Shown: positions 23,573-35,083, numbered from the whole stretch's first letter. The stretch is 62,865 bases of DNA, filler included, from Globobulimina sp. (GCA_003354225.1; 35 parts of 35 records of this genome joined end to end with filler, not necessarily neighbours in it), one strand, 5' to 3'. The notes: generated by a model not told the origin, from the letters alone. Numbers and translations are program-made.

Positions 23573-25099
23573 ATGCTGACAACACAGTGGCATGAAGTAC
23601 ATGAAAACAAATACATTACATACACATTAATTAGTATATCATTGATATTATTAGTTTCTTCGACAACGTTACATTTTTATCACCATTTTAAATGTCAGTC
23701 ATGCTGTCCACCTCCGCCAAAGTGGACAGTTCCTCGTCAACGATCCAGCATCATTCAAGCTGCAATTAAGGTATATCAATAATTTATTTTCCGAATTAAT
23801 TTAAAAATATGTGTTTCTGACTATAAAAAGCTTCGATGTTTATGTGCAACATCAGACGGTGAAAATTTTGATTTTTTCCCAATGTCATTTCCATTGTATT
23901 TAGTATTTGTGTTATTTATTTGTTGCATATTAATCCTAAAAATGTTTATTTTGCATCTAAACAACGATTTTATTAACAATTATAATTTCGAATATCCATC
24001 AATTAGTAATATACTTTCCTTCCACAGCATCGATAAATATCACAATGATGCTGACAATTTATACGATTTATTGATAATGATTATCGACATATTTCTGATA
24101 TATTCAATAATGATCATGTCATTAATTGAATCCTTATTTACATTCTATCGGTTTTATACAACATTAATGACAACAAAACATTTGTCATTGACCAAAATAA
24201 CAGACGTTCTCAAGAAATTCGCATTGTACACCGTATTATTTGTGTTTTTGTATGGCGTAACAATGAATTTATTTTTTTGGATTTTCCCATTTGTGATTTT
24301 ATTACATTGTGTGTTTAACTTTTATTGTAACTGGAGATTTGCGTCCATGCTAATAATGGCTTATTCGTCTTTCGTTGATATGCATATAAGTTCGCGAAGC
24401 ATGTCTGAAGAAATGGACGATGCCAATGGAAACGTCATCAAATGCGCGTATTTTATGAGGAAAGTATCTTTAATATCTACTTTCATACAAACTGTGTACT
24501 TAACATTATTTCTGTGTATTTATTATATAAATATGAATTTAATCATTTTTTATTTGCCTATTTTATGGTCTATTTCCTCATTTATTTTTACATTAAACTT
24601 TGTTAGGAATAGGAATCCAATCAAAAAAATATCCAATCGATTAAAATGTACATCCATAGCAACAGTCGTTAGTTCCCCGTCAATCGTTGAAATGCCACCG
24701 ACTGCGGACACAATGCATTCAATTTTATTTGCGGAGAATGCTGCCATCAAAAACACACAGATAACACAGCCAAAACGTGTTGCTTTGGACGGCAAAGCAG
24801 TACCAAAAAAGCAATATGATCTCCAAATAACTGCCCCACAGAAAGTGGAAGCAATTCTTATTTTGAAAGCTATTGACACATCAAACAAGACACCATTACC
24901 GAATGAAAACGTAGAAGCACCAGACACCATTAACGAAAATACGCCTTTAAGTAAATCCGACTCAAACACATATAAAAAAACTCCAACGGGCTGCGATTCT
25001 CCATCCTCATTTTTAGCTGACTTCAAAATAACGAATCCAAATGACAGACAGGTCTCATTCGGCAATTATGTGTCCAATACGTTAAGTAAAGCAAAACCG
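23573..25099 (+). CDS. Multi-pass (7TM-like) membrane protein with long cytosolic tail (partial, spliced)
   Basis: About seven hydrophobic segments. Shares YLPILWSISxFIFxLNFxRNR with 37793..39142. Confidence 0.65.
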
Positions 25100-25199
25100 N
25101 NNNNNNNNNNNNNNNNNNNNNNNNNNNNNNNNNNNNNNNNNNNTTAATTAATTAANNNNNNNNNNNNNNNNNNNNNNNNNNNNNNNNNNNNNNNNNNNN

Positions 25200-25237
25200 T
25201 GTTGTCAGGGTGGCTTTTTTCATCATTTTTCCTCCTT
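25200..25237 (-). promoter_or_regulatory. Shine-Dalgarno AAGGAGG and start of a divergent bacterial gene (MMKKATLTT)
   Basis: Reverse complement reads AAAGGAGGAAAAATGATGAAAAAAGCC. Confidence 0.75.
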
Positions 25238-25350
25238 TAAAAAAACTATTAACATAAACAGATTCGTCGGTTATTACAGAATTAATGGATTCATTCAGGG
25301 GGGCAGTAACCCAGATAACCTACTCAAATTAATAATATTTAAGTTAATAC

Positions 25351-25487
25351 GAAAAAGTGTGAAGTGATCTAAAGTGCCTAAAGTGATCTAAAGTTGTGGA
25401 ATTCTGTCAATTTATAAAAAACAATAGAGCGAAGCGATACCATAACTTTAGGCACTTCGAACTTTAGCTCACTTTAGGCACTTTTTC
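25351..25487. repeat. Intergenic imperfect palindrome built from 9-10-nt CTAAAGTG units (REP/MITE-like)
   Basis: Left arm GAAAAAGTGTGAAGTGATCTAAAGTGCCTAAAGTGATCTAAAGTTGTGG. Reverse complement of right arm GAAAAAGTGCCTAAAGTGAGCTAAAGTTCGAAGTGCCTAAAGTTATGG. Confidence 0.85.
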
Positions 25488-25664
25488 ATATCAACTGAAA
25501 TTTCAACTAATTCGTGACTTTTTTCAATATCGCAAGAAACCCCATGAATAGATACATTTATGACGTACAACCTTCATCAAGGTTCAAAACATATAAGGAA
25601 AATTAACTTGTGTGTCAATTGCTAATTGTGTAATAATAATTATTTCCAGCGATCAACAACAATT

Positions 25665-26898
25665 ATGACTGCAATAAAATCAAACCAGAACAACATTATG
25701 GATATTAAAAACAACAGAATTCCAAAAAATGTAAGGAAGATACATCTGATTGCCGTATGCGGGACCGGGATGGGTGCCCTTGCCTGTATGCTCAAGGAAC
25801 TGGGATTTGAAGTAACCGGTTCGGACCAGAAAGTATACCCTCCCATGAGTGATTTTCTGAGGGACAAAGGTATTCAGCTTGCCAACGGGTTTAATGAACA
25901 AAACATATCATACCGGCCGGATCTTGTGATTGTGGGCAATGCAGTGCGAAAGGATAATCCGGAAGTGCTGAAAATGGATGATATGGGGCTTTGTTTCTGC
26001 TCCATGCCCCAGGCTTTAAACACCTTTGCCGCTAAAGACAAAAAGCCTATACTGGTTACCGGAACCCATGGGAAAACAACCACATCGTCTCTTATGGCAT
26101 GGCTTCTTTTTAAAGCCGGACTTGATCCAACATTTATGATCGGCGGCATTCTGAAAAATTTTAACAGCAATTACCGTATCGGCAAAGGAGACCATGTTGT
26201 CATCGAAGGGGATGAATACGATACGGCGTTTTTTGATAAAGGCGCCAAATTTCTACATTTTGATCCACACATTGCTGTCCTGACAAGCGTTGAGTTTGAC
26301 CATGCCGACATATTTAACGACCTTGACCATGTGAAACAGACCTTTGGAAAATTCTTATCCGGCATGTCATCTCAAAGCACATTACTGGCATTTGACAATG
26401 ATTTGAATGTTGCAGATCTGATTAAAGACAGACAATGCAAAATACAAAATTACGGAAAAAATACAGACTCCTTCTGGAAACTTGATGGTATTTCCATTGA
26501 TCCGCCATGGACCCTTTTTAACGTTCTGAAAAACGGCACTCCCTTCGGGTCCTTTAAGGCACAGCTCATGGGAGAGCACAACCTGCTCAATGCGCTGTCT
26601 GTCATTGCGGCGGCAGATAACCTGATGGTACCGGCGGATGTAATTTCAGAAGCGCTGGAAACGTTTAAGAATGTAAAAAGGCGACAGGAAATACGCGGTG
26701 AAAAAAATGGGATTACGGTCATGGATGATTTTGCCCATCATCCCACGGCCGTCAGGGAGACAATCCGTGCAGTCAAACCCTTTTGCACAAAAGGAAGGCT
26801 TCTTGCCGTATTTGAACCACGAACCAACTCCAGCATGCGCAATATATTCCAGGATACATACACGCTTTCTTTTGATCAGGCCGATATTGTCTGTGTAC
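25665..26898 (+). CDS. mpl: Bacterial murein peptide ligase (UDP-MurNAc:L-Ala-gamma-D-Glu-mDAP ligase), 3' truncated
   Basis: IHLIAVCGTGMG, VYPPMS, GTHGKTTT, EGDEYDTAFFDK, EFDHADIF, DDFAHHPTA and FEPRTNS. Intronless. Start is at 25665 or 25698. Confidence 0.93.
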
Positions 26899-27008
26899 NN
26901 NNNNNNNNNNNNNNNNNNNNNNNNNNNNNNNNNNNNNNNNNNTTAATTAATTAANNNNNNNNNNNNNNNNNNNNNNNNNNNNNNNNNNNNNNNNNNNNCT
27001 CCCTCCTA

Positions 27009-28421
27009 ATGTCTACTTCGCAGAATGACATAGTAAGACTTAGTACGGGAAATATCGGAATTATACGTGAATGTAACAGTGATAGCGATAAGTACGAAAT
27101 TCGTGTATTTACCCCATTATTTGAAGACTATCAAGTGATTACATTGTCATCAGCCCAATTTGATGCAATCCTTGCAATTACAACAAACAGCAAAATTCAT
27201 AATTACGGCCTATCCACATTGGTAAATATGCATAAATTTAAAGTAATATTTGAAGAACCCATATTAATTCCTTTTGCACCAATAATAGATATGAATGATA
27301 AAACAATTGCATCCAAAATAATTAAATGGTGGAGTGACATCAAACAACTTTCAAATGAGAATAAATTTAATGTATTTATGTGTTTATCACATCATGAAAG
27401 AGGACCTATTGTTAAAAATGTTGATCAGTATTTAACAGAAAATAGAATAGAATTAATTAACACATTAAAAAATGGCAAAAATGAATTAAATGAATTACGC
27501 AAAGCATTACTGATTGACGGTGCAAATACGTTTGATGAAGGATCGTATGAATTAATTTGCAGAATAAACCATTGTTGCGATCCAAACTGTTTTGTTACAA
27601 GAGATGGCAAAGTAAAATCACTGCGGAATATCAATAAAAATGAGGAGTTAACGTGGAATTTTTCAAATGATAAATATTTATATTTATGCACAGAGATAAG
27701 AATCAAACAATTGTTTGAGGTTTGGGGGTTTGTCTGCAATTGTTTTCGATGTAAATCGTATTTTGATGATGCTCGAATATTTAAATGTATTAAATGTGCC
27801 AAAGCATCAATTTATGTGACATATAATGTTCAATTTATTGATAAAGAGAATGATGGTTTAAATATAACAACACAATTTAATGATTGTTTTGAGTGCAAAT
27901 ATGAATTACAACCTCATGAAATTGAATATTATTTGTCAATGGAAAATAGAATGAATGGAATTATTGATTTGATGTCAACGAATGAGACAGAAACAGAATT
28001 TGAACAAACATTGGAACATTTAAAACAATATTTGAGTGAGACACATTATAAATGGTTTCAACTGTGGAATGCCATGATTTTCCAATTTAATAATCATGAC
28101 AATAACAACAATAAGATATTTGGTAAAACATTAAAATATTCACTTTTAAAATGTTATCAAACAATGCATAAAATGTACAGTAAATCTATGAATTTCTGTC
28201 TGTATCAAATTGAATGGAAACTATTGAATTGCATTGTTGATCAATTTGGAAGAGAGATTAATTCAATTGCAAAATGCATATGTGATAAATCGGAAAGATT
28301 GTTAGTTAATAAATTGTATAAATCAATACATGGCACAAAAGGCATGACCACTATTGACGCCATGCTATGGCAAAAAATTACTCATATTGTTAATCTGATA
28401 AATGAATGCAAGGACAAATAG
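27009..28421 (+). CDS. SET-domain (SMYD-like) lysine methyltransferase
   Basis: RINHCCDPNC, SLRNINKNEELT and post-SET WGFVCNCFRC. Confidence 0.85.
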   Translation: MSTSQNDIVRLSTGNIGIIRECNSDSDKYEIRVFTPLFEDYQVITLSSAQFDAILAITTNSKIHNYGLSTLVNMHKFKVIFEEPILIPFAPIIDMNDKTIASKIIKWWSDIKQLSNENKFNVFMCLSHHERGPIVKNVDQYLTENRIELINTLKNGKNELNELRKALLIDGANTFDEGSYELICRINHCCDPNCFVTRDGKVKSLRNINKNEELTWNFSNDKYLYLCTEIRIKQLFEVWGFVCNCFRCKSYFDDARIFKCIKCAKASIYVTYNVQFIDKENDGLNITTQFNDCFECKYELQPHEIEYYLSMENRMNGIIDLMSTNETETEFEQTLEHLKQYLSETHYKWFQLWNAMIFQFNNHDNNNNKIFGKTLKYSLLKCYQTMHKMYSKSMNFCLYQIEWKLLNCIVDQFGREINSIAKCICDKSERLLVNKLYKSIHGTKGMTTIDAMLWQKITHIVNLINECKDK

Positions 28422-28479
28422 TGTGAGTTTTTTGTCATGTGTTCTGGGCCAAATCTCCTCGCAATTAAGTTATTTAGTA

Positions 28480-28697
28480 ATGGCACTCTCAGTTTTTGCT
28501 TTGTTGTTATATGCAATTGTATTCTGCTCTTCATTTGCTGCCTCTTCACCTAATATCTTGTTCATTGTCTCTGATGATTTGGGCTGGACAGATGTCTCAC
28601 ATCACAATGCAGAGTATTCAACACCAAACATTGATGCTTTGTATTCCTCGGGAATTGAATTAACAAATTATTATGTTCATTGTACTTGTTCTCCGAC
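28480..28697 (+). CDS. Arylsulfatase (ARSB-like), 5' part with signal peptide
   Basis: PNILFIVSDDLGWTDV, TPNIDAL, and the CSPT start of the CxPxR motif. Confidence 0.9.
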
Positions 28698-28797
28698 NNN
28701 NNNNNNNNNNNNNNNNNNNNNNNNNNNNNNNNNNNNNNNNNTTAATTAATTAANNNNNNNNNNNNNNNNNNNNNNNNNNNNNNNNNNNNNNNNNNNN

Positions 28798-29145
28798 TGT
28801 TGCTGTTGTTTGTGCGCAATGTGTGGCCAAAAAGAAGATTTCTTAATGACAATGCATTCCATTTCGAGGAAATTCTCACTGAAAACGATGACGAGAACCA
28901 CCACATCATCGACAACAACGAAAACAACCACAACCACCACAACCACTACGAAAACAAAAACAACCACAGAGGAACAAACTGAGACTGCTGTACCATCGAC
29001 ATCGATGGCGACACCTCTCGACCAAAAAGAAGAAGAAATTGAAATCAATTTTGCAAATAAGATAAAATCATTAGAAACTGCAGCAATGGTATCACCTGTT
29101 GATGTTCATAGTGATTCAGAACAAGAGTTGCGAGACGTTGCCTGA
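28798..29145 (+). CDS. C-terminus of an unknown protein with a Thr-rich tract
   Basis: Open frame with an ACN-rich low-complexity run, ending at TGA 29143-29145. Confidence 0.4.
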   Translation, partial: CCCCLCAMCGQKEDFLMTMHSISRKFSLKTMTRTTTSSTTTKTTTTTTTTTKTKTTTEEQTETAVPSTSMATPLDQKEEEIEINFANKIKSLETAAMVSPVDVHSDSEQELRDVA

Positions 29146-29317
29146 TCATGAAATGAAGCAACAACAAAGTCAACAATCTGTACGTGTTTGTTATAGAAAT
29201 TAATTGTTTTTTCATTGTACTGTACATGTTAATTATTTTTTGTTTTTGTTTTTTGTTGCACCATGTTTTATGTTTAATATTTTATAATTGAAACATTTCA
29301 GTAGAACTAGAACGAAC

Positions 29318-30496
29318 ATGTCTTCCTGTCCCGTCAGATATTGCGGCACCATTGCAATTGCCACATGCGATGCAGACACAGACTGCGACTCCCAATGGAA
29401 TTTAGATCCAAATCAATTGCGTTACACATCCATCACCGTGCTGGCGACCATATTTATTTGTTGGTTGATGCAGGAAGTGCTGGAAAGAAGATGTGATATG
29501 GCGCCACAGATACGCACTCGCACCGAAATGCACCACGATGCAAAGAAGACAAATAACCCAATAAAGTCTTACAAATTGAACAGACGTTTGACAAAATCGT
29601 TAGATTTGAAAGGTCGATTTCGTATTCAAAGACGCGGTTCGATTCATTATATTAAATCAGTATGGTCAGTGTTGTTATTATTAATGACGGCGATATTTGC
29701 GACACCCCAATGGTCCATGGATCACTTTGTCAAATTGGATGCGTCGACAGTTAATTATGGGCCGTACCAACATATTGCCGCATCGATAATGGCTTTTTAC
29801 TGTTGGGAGGTGGCGACAAACCGGTATGGAAAATTGGATTATTCTGTTTTGATGCATCATTGGTTGACAGCTGCAGCCGGTTTGAGCATTTTGCTGGGTT
29901 TTTACACTCCATTTTCAACCTGGTATGGCATTGCCAATATAGGCATGAGTTTCATTGTCGACTTTACGTTGGGGATTCGGGCGACTTTTGCCAATAAAAT
30001 TGGACAAACCACGCGAAGATTGTTTACGTTTACATACTATTATTATCTCTGTATAATGTGTTTGGTGTTTGGTGGAGAGATCTTTTTGATTATTAACGGA
30101 TTTGTGACTGCAAAGATACACATTGCGAGCGAAATAACCATGATATTGACCTGTTGCTGCTGGGCCTATGACGACCTGCATCTTTTGAAAGCACTTTACG
30201 AATTCAGTACGCATCCATATGAAGATGCAGAGGTATTTAATAAGAAAGCAACCTCGAGAGAAATGGGTGGAGTTTAGTACTGTATATATATATTAATATT
30301 AATATTAATGTTATAATGTATGCTGTACATATATACACAGAGAGAATTATTTGTTCTTAGTGTGCTTCACGATATCGATGTTGTGCGCCAAGTGAGTCCT
30401 GGGATGGAGGAAGAAGCAGCAGCAGCAAAGGGAGGACAAGGTGCTGTATTAAAACATGTAGTTTTGTCAACTAAATTGAAACACGGAAACCAGACA
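29318..30496 (+). CDS. TLC (TRAM/LAG1/CLN8)-like multi-pass membrane protein; intron 30272-30340
   Basis: FYCWE..VLMHHWLT motif, several TM helices, and in-frame exon joining. Confidence 0.6.
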
Positions 30497-30737
30497 NNNN
30501 NNNNNNNNNNNNNNNNNNNNNNNNNNNNNNNNNNNNNNNNTTAATTAATTAANNNNNNNNNNNNNNNNNNNNNNNNNNNNNNNNNNNNNNNNNNNNCGAT
30601 AATTTTAAGTAAAATTAAAAACAATGTTTATTTCCACGGAGAAATCTTACGTTTAAACTGTTTTTAATCGATGTGAATATGTAAAACGTTGCATTTTTAT
30701 CCAGGAAAATGCTGCTAAGCACACACGGAGTGATACG

Positions 30738-31403
30738 ATGAATAGCGAATCGAATAACAAATTGCCACTGGAAATACAGAGAAATTCAGATGTTTCATTG
30801 AATACAGTATCGGATTTTCCTCAACCACAAAATATGTTGAATTCTCATATTGTATCACCTTCGGTTTCGACAATAGAGCCAATTGAGATGAGTGCCAATA
30901 ATAAAAAAGAGCAAGGCATTGCTGAACGAAATGGATATATTTCCAAAGAGAATGGCATAAATTATATAAAATATTTGGATTCCTCTTCCAATGGTGGTTC
31001 GTGTTGGCATTACAAATCGAAATTATTTTGGACATGGTTCATTTATTTTTTTTGTTTTTGTGGCAATGGCTCTGTTTGTAAATGTTATGTTTGTCTCTGT
31101 AAAATCCCAATTTGCAAAAAAAGAATGCAATCAAGGAAACATGTGATGAATTTTATGTTTTCTGCCGCCAAAAAAATACAATATATTCGATATTATCAAC
31201 GATATCAGGCGCAAACATTTAACTTTATGTCAAATTGTCAAACTACAAAAAAGCGACGACAGAAAAAAACATCCTCATTACACAGCATTAATGAAACTGG
31301 AATAGTTAATAATATTTCTCGTGAGCAAGAAAGCAGTGACGAGGATGCAGAAAATAGTGCAATCCCTCGAGGAATATCGGAATTGACTGCTCAGAGTGAT
31401 TGA
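30738..31403 (+). CDS. Unknown protein with a Cys-rich hydrophobic segment (probably a 3' exon)
   Basis: 221-aa ORF with no recognisable family. Confidence 0.45.
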   Translation: MNSESNNKLPLEIQRNSDVSLNTVSDFPQPQNMLNSHIVSPSVSTIEPIEMSANNKKEQGIAERNGYISKENGINYIKYLDSSSNGGSCWHYKSKLFWTWFIYFFCFCGNGSVCKCYVCLCKIPICKKRMQSRKHVMNFMFSAAKKIQYIRYYQRYQAQTFNFMSNCQTTKKRRQKKTSSLHSINETGIVNNISREQESSDEDAENSAIPRGISELTAQSD

Positions 31404-31546
31404 AAAAAAAATGTCTTTGTAAGAAAAATATTCATTTAGATTTTAATGAGCCACTAACACAAAAACGCATGCTTACAAATTAATAATTGTGTGCAAGGAT
31501 GAATGTAATGTGTTTTTTGTTTATTTGGTAGTGATTGCAATGATAT

Positions 31547-32031
31547 TTAGTCCTCCTCTCTTGTCTGCATCTTAGTGTGTCCATTGATGACACGGATTCC
31601 TAATTGGTTTGCGAGCCTTAATGTTCTTGGTCGCTTCTTTGCAGATAAAGTGTTGCTGAATTCTGCAACGTAACAGTCGTTAAACATTAATAACATCCTC
31701 AAGTCCTAGAATTATTTTATTTGTATGAGTGAGCAAAAAATAACGTATATCATCACTAAACTCCAGGTGTTTTGACTAAAAATTTAAATTTCCCGTCTGC
31801 TTTCCGTCTATATCTATCTCTGTTTGCTGTTCTGTATCCAATATTAGGCATTTTACGCACTCCATGCCATCTTCTTCTTACTCTTGAATCAATTCCTCGT
31901 GGTTTTCGCCACGATGGACCCACACACTTAAATCTATCCGATTGATGACGAATGAATCTTTTTGGCCGAGGTTTGGCTTCTTTCTTCCAACCCTTTCCTA
32001 CTGCTCTAGGCTCTCTTGGATAACGTCCCAT
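31547..32031 (-). CDS. RPL32: 60S ribosomal protein L32 (eL32); intron 31761-31706
   Basis: [25 protein letters not shown] and MPNIGY. Exon 2 reads [33 protein letters not shown]. Confidence 0.97.
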
Positions 32032-32395
32032 TATTTGATTGCAAAAGGGTCGCTTGGTTGCTATTATCAATTGAAGATAAAGTTTTCACCAACTTACAGT
32101 TTTTAAGATGCAAGGTCCGATGAATCGGAAGTTTCATCAGATCATGGAAATGTATCATCTATATCGTTTCACAATATTTCGTTCAATCACATTGTTTTTT
32201 GTGTGCGCTCTTGATTGTACGCTATCGGATTGTTATGCTATTAAATGTTGTGGTACGTACGTATATTACCATATATCCGACTACCTACCATTGGTNNNNN
32301 NNNNNNNNNNNNNNNNNNNNNNNNNNNNNNNNNNNNNNNTTAATTAATTAANNNNNNNNNNNNNNNNNNNNNNNNNNNNNNNNNNNNNNNNNNNN

Positions 32396-33691
32396 GTTTT
32401 TTACAATGTCGATAATGTAGTTGTCAACAGGGTCCTTATACCCATGATCTTTTATTTGGTTTCTGTTATGAATCAAAAGATCCTTGTTTTCTATTTTTTT
32501 AATCATCAATTCTCTACCACCCATGTCACAGAGTCGTTTGACTTCATTAAGATATAAATTATATCTGGTGTTGTTACACAAAACATCGTCCCAAGATACG
32601 TCAATGAAATCTGGAAATTTTATATTATAATTATTTTTTAAAAACCTGATATAATTTTGTGGGCCGTATGGCAATATAAAATGACATTTTAGTATGGGAG
32701 TCCATGTTTTTTCAGTGGCACACATGACTTGACAATGTCGATTGATATATGTTAAGGTTTCTATAAAAAAACTAACAGAGCTCGAATCATAATATGCATT
32801 GTGCGGAGGGGTATATCCCCATCCATTATTACCCGTAATATCAAATCCATCAATACCACTAGTATTACCAAATAAAATATTACCCATTGATATGTCGCCA
32901 ATATATCCCTTATAGTTTGATACTAGTTTTTTTAATTCAAATCTATAGACACTGCGCTTTTGGGGGTGTAAATCTTTATGTAATTCAGAATTTAAAAATT
33001 TCAAACTTTCCGATCTTGTATTATTTGGCGCAACATAGATAGGTATAGAATGATCTTTGTTTATATTATGTAGGTGCTCAACTGTCGTCGATGCAATGTC
33101 AAATACCTTATCGGTAGAAGATAAAGCATATATTTCAGGGTCATAGCTGTCATGATACCAATGATTTTTGGTAGCTGTATCATAAATTTTTTCTAACCTT
33201 TCAAAGTCAAAATGCAATGCGTAGGTTCGATTAAACAAAAAATCTGTATAACACCAATCGCAATTGCCATAATAGTTTTTATGGCCGGCGTTAGTATGAA
33301 GATTTATAACGTGGGCAACTAATTTTTTTATTTCGCAAAACAGATAGGATTCTGTATAAACGCTATCGGTTGCAGGATATTCTTCCTGAAGATGAAAACA
33401 TTGTACAGGTAAAATAAATATTATATTGGGTTGTAAATCTAAAATTTCCGATTTAATTGCTGCAATAATTTTATTAACGCTTTCAATGTCTTCAGAACAT
33501 TCCCTTAAGGTAAGATCAAGATCATCTACAATTATAATATCAGAATCTTCGATAGAATCTACAAATTCAAAAACTTTATGGTTGGCAAATATAATATAAT
33601 TATCGAAGATTAACTCTGACCATGGTACAAAATTATTATTATTATGGCATCTACATATGAATGCCTTGTTATAGATACGTATGCGTTTCAT
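32396..33691 (-). CDS. Phage-type glycosyltransferase-like hypothetical protein (3' truncated)
   Basis: Intronless. C-terminal FIET..ATEKTWTPILKCHFILPYG..F.DFIDVSWD..R pattern recalls glycosyltransferase-like ORFs of large aquatic phages. Preceded by a sigma70 promoter. Confidence 0.55.
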
Positions 33692-33720
33692 ATCCCATCT
33701 GTATGTTTGCGTATGTTTAA

Positions 33721-33748
33721 ATTATAGCACATTCTTAAGATATGTCAA
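33721..33748 (-). promoter_or_regulatory. Consensus sigma70 promoter TTGACA-N16-TATAAT with extended -10 (TG)
   Basis: Reverse complement reads TTGACATATCTTAAGAATGTGCTATAAT, 30 nt upstream of the ATG at 33691. Confidence 0.85.
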
Positions 33749-33767
33749 GCTATAAGTTTTTTTTAGT

Positions 33768-34094
33768 CTACCAATTGACATTCCACACCAGCGTATTGTT
33801 AGTAGTGGTATTTGTATTGAGTCTGATATTGTATCCCAAATTGTAAAAATGCTGTTCTACTGTCTGCAACTCTGCTACTCTGGCTGGGTCGTTTGTGACG
33901 CCATAATATGCATTGTAATAAGATACGTTGGATGTCATGGGTGTACCACCGTCTATTTTGACACTTAGGTTACCTGCCTGTACCTCAGTGAGTATGGACG
34001 TTTCAATGTCAGAAACTTCGGTATGAATAATAATAGTATTAAGACTCTGATATCTGGCATCCTGAGCATCATAGAAAGTTTTAACAGGTACAGT
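33768..34094 (-). CDS. Phage hypothetical protein, C-terminal part (..LGYNIRLNTNTTTNNTLVWNVNW)
   Basis: 109 open codons from the contig end to TAG. Not in the ORF track. Confidence 0.65.
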   Translation of the reverse strand, partial: TVPVKTFYDAQDARYQSLNTIIIHTEVSDIETSILTEVQAGNLSVKIDGGTPMTSNVSYYNAYYGVTNDPARVAELQTVEQHFYNLGYNIRLNTNTTTNNTLVWNVNW

Positions 34095-34194
34095 NNNNNN
34101 NNNNNNNNNNNNNNNNNNNNNNNNNNNNNNNNNNNNNNTTAATTAATTAANNNNNNNNNNNNNNNNNNNNNNNNNNNNNNNNNNNNNNNNNNNN

Positions 34195-34467
34195 GTACTC
34201 AATCCAGTTTTCAGCACTTATTGCCGCAGTAAAACGAATGTATATTAAATGAGAAATAGTATTAAGCATATTGGTATTAGCAAAACCCTCAATACCATCT
34301 ACAGTTTTTATAGCAGCCCAAGCTTTTTTTGTAGCTTTAAACTTTTCTGTAAAGTCAACTCCAATTGCTACAGCATTAATATTGCGACTTTGTATTGTTA
34401 CCTTATTGCGCAAATCACCTTGGCATATTTTTCTATGCCGTATTGCTATTATTTGACATTCAGCCAT
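34195..34467 (-). CDS. Phage head-closure / head-tail adaptor protein (partial)
   Basis: GDLRNKVTIQ..WAAIKT..SHLIYIRF, directly downstream of the connector gene. Confidence 0.85.
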
Positions 34468-34468
34468 A

Positions 34469-35074
34469 TCACACTCTCAGACTTATTATACGGTTTAAGT
34501 TGTATGTAATCTTAGCAGTTGCGGGAAGATGCTCTAGACAAGATGCCTTGCTGCAATCACCACGGTTTGCGTACATCGCAGAAACGTGAGATAATATTCC
34601 AGCTATTACATCTTGGTCTACCGTGTCTGCGGCCTGATGGCCTGCTTTAAACGTGAATTGAATAGCTTGACGTCTTGTGTCTGCATCTTTTGGCCATTCG
34701 TTAATTGGTATTACAGATATGTATGTGCTTGATTGAGTAAGATAGTAATCAGTTGCAGGTACAAGGGTGAGTACTCCATTGAGATAATACTCAACGGATG
34801 TCAATTCATATACAGGAGACTTTCGTATCTCGTACTCTGCGGTTGAAGTAAAATAATCTAAAAAGCTCACATATGTTCTGTCGATAATTGTACGTTTTGT
34901 ATATAGTTCATAAAACTCTATTGCTGCATTGACCAGCATTTGAACATACGCTTCATCATCACAATCAGTCAATTTTAACTGGTCAAGCACTGTATCAAAA
35001 TCAATGAATAGCTTCTTTGATTTCTCAGTAACGATATAATCAGATAATCTACATGGTGCACAGCAATAGCTCAT
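34469..35074 (-). CDS. Phage head-tail connector protein (HK97 gp6-like)
   Basis: DDEAYVQMLVNAA..E.YT.R, SPV.ELTSVEY, WP..AIQFTFKAG and GILSHVSAMYANRGD. Confidence 0.88.
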   Translation of the reverse strand: MSYCCAPCRLSDYIVTEKSKKLFIDFDTVLDQLKLTDCDDEAYVQMLVNAAIEFYELYTKRTIIDRTYVSFLDYFTSTAEYEIRKSPVYELTSVEYYLNGVLTLVPATDYYLTQSSTYISVIPINEWPKDADTRRQAIQFTFKAGHQAADTVDQDVIAGILSHVSAMYANRGDCSKASCLEHLPATAKITYNLNRIISLRV

Positions 35075-35083
35075 TATTTATCC

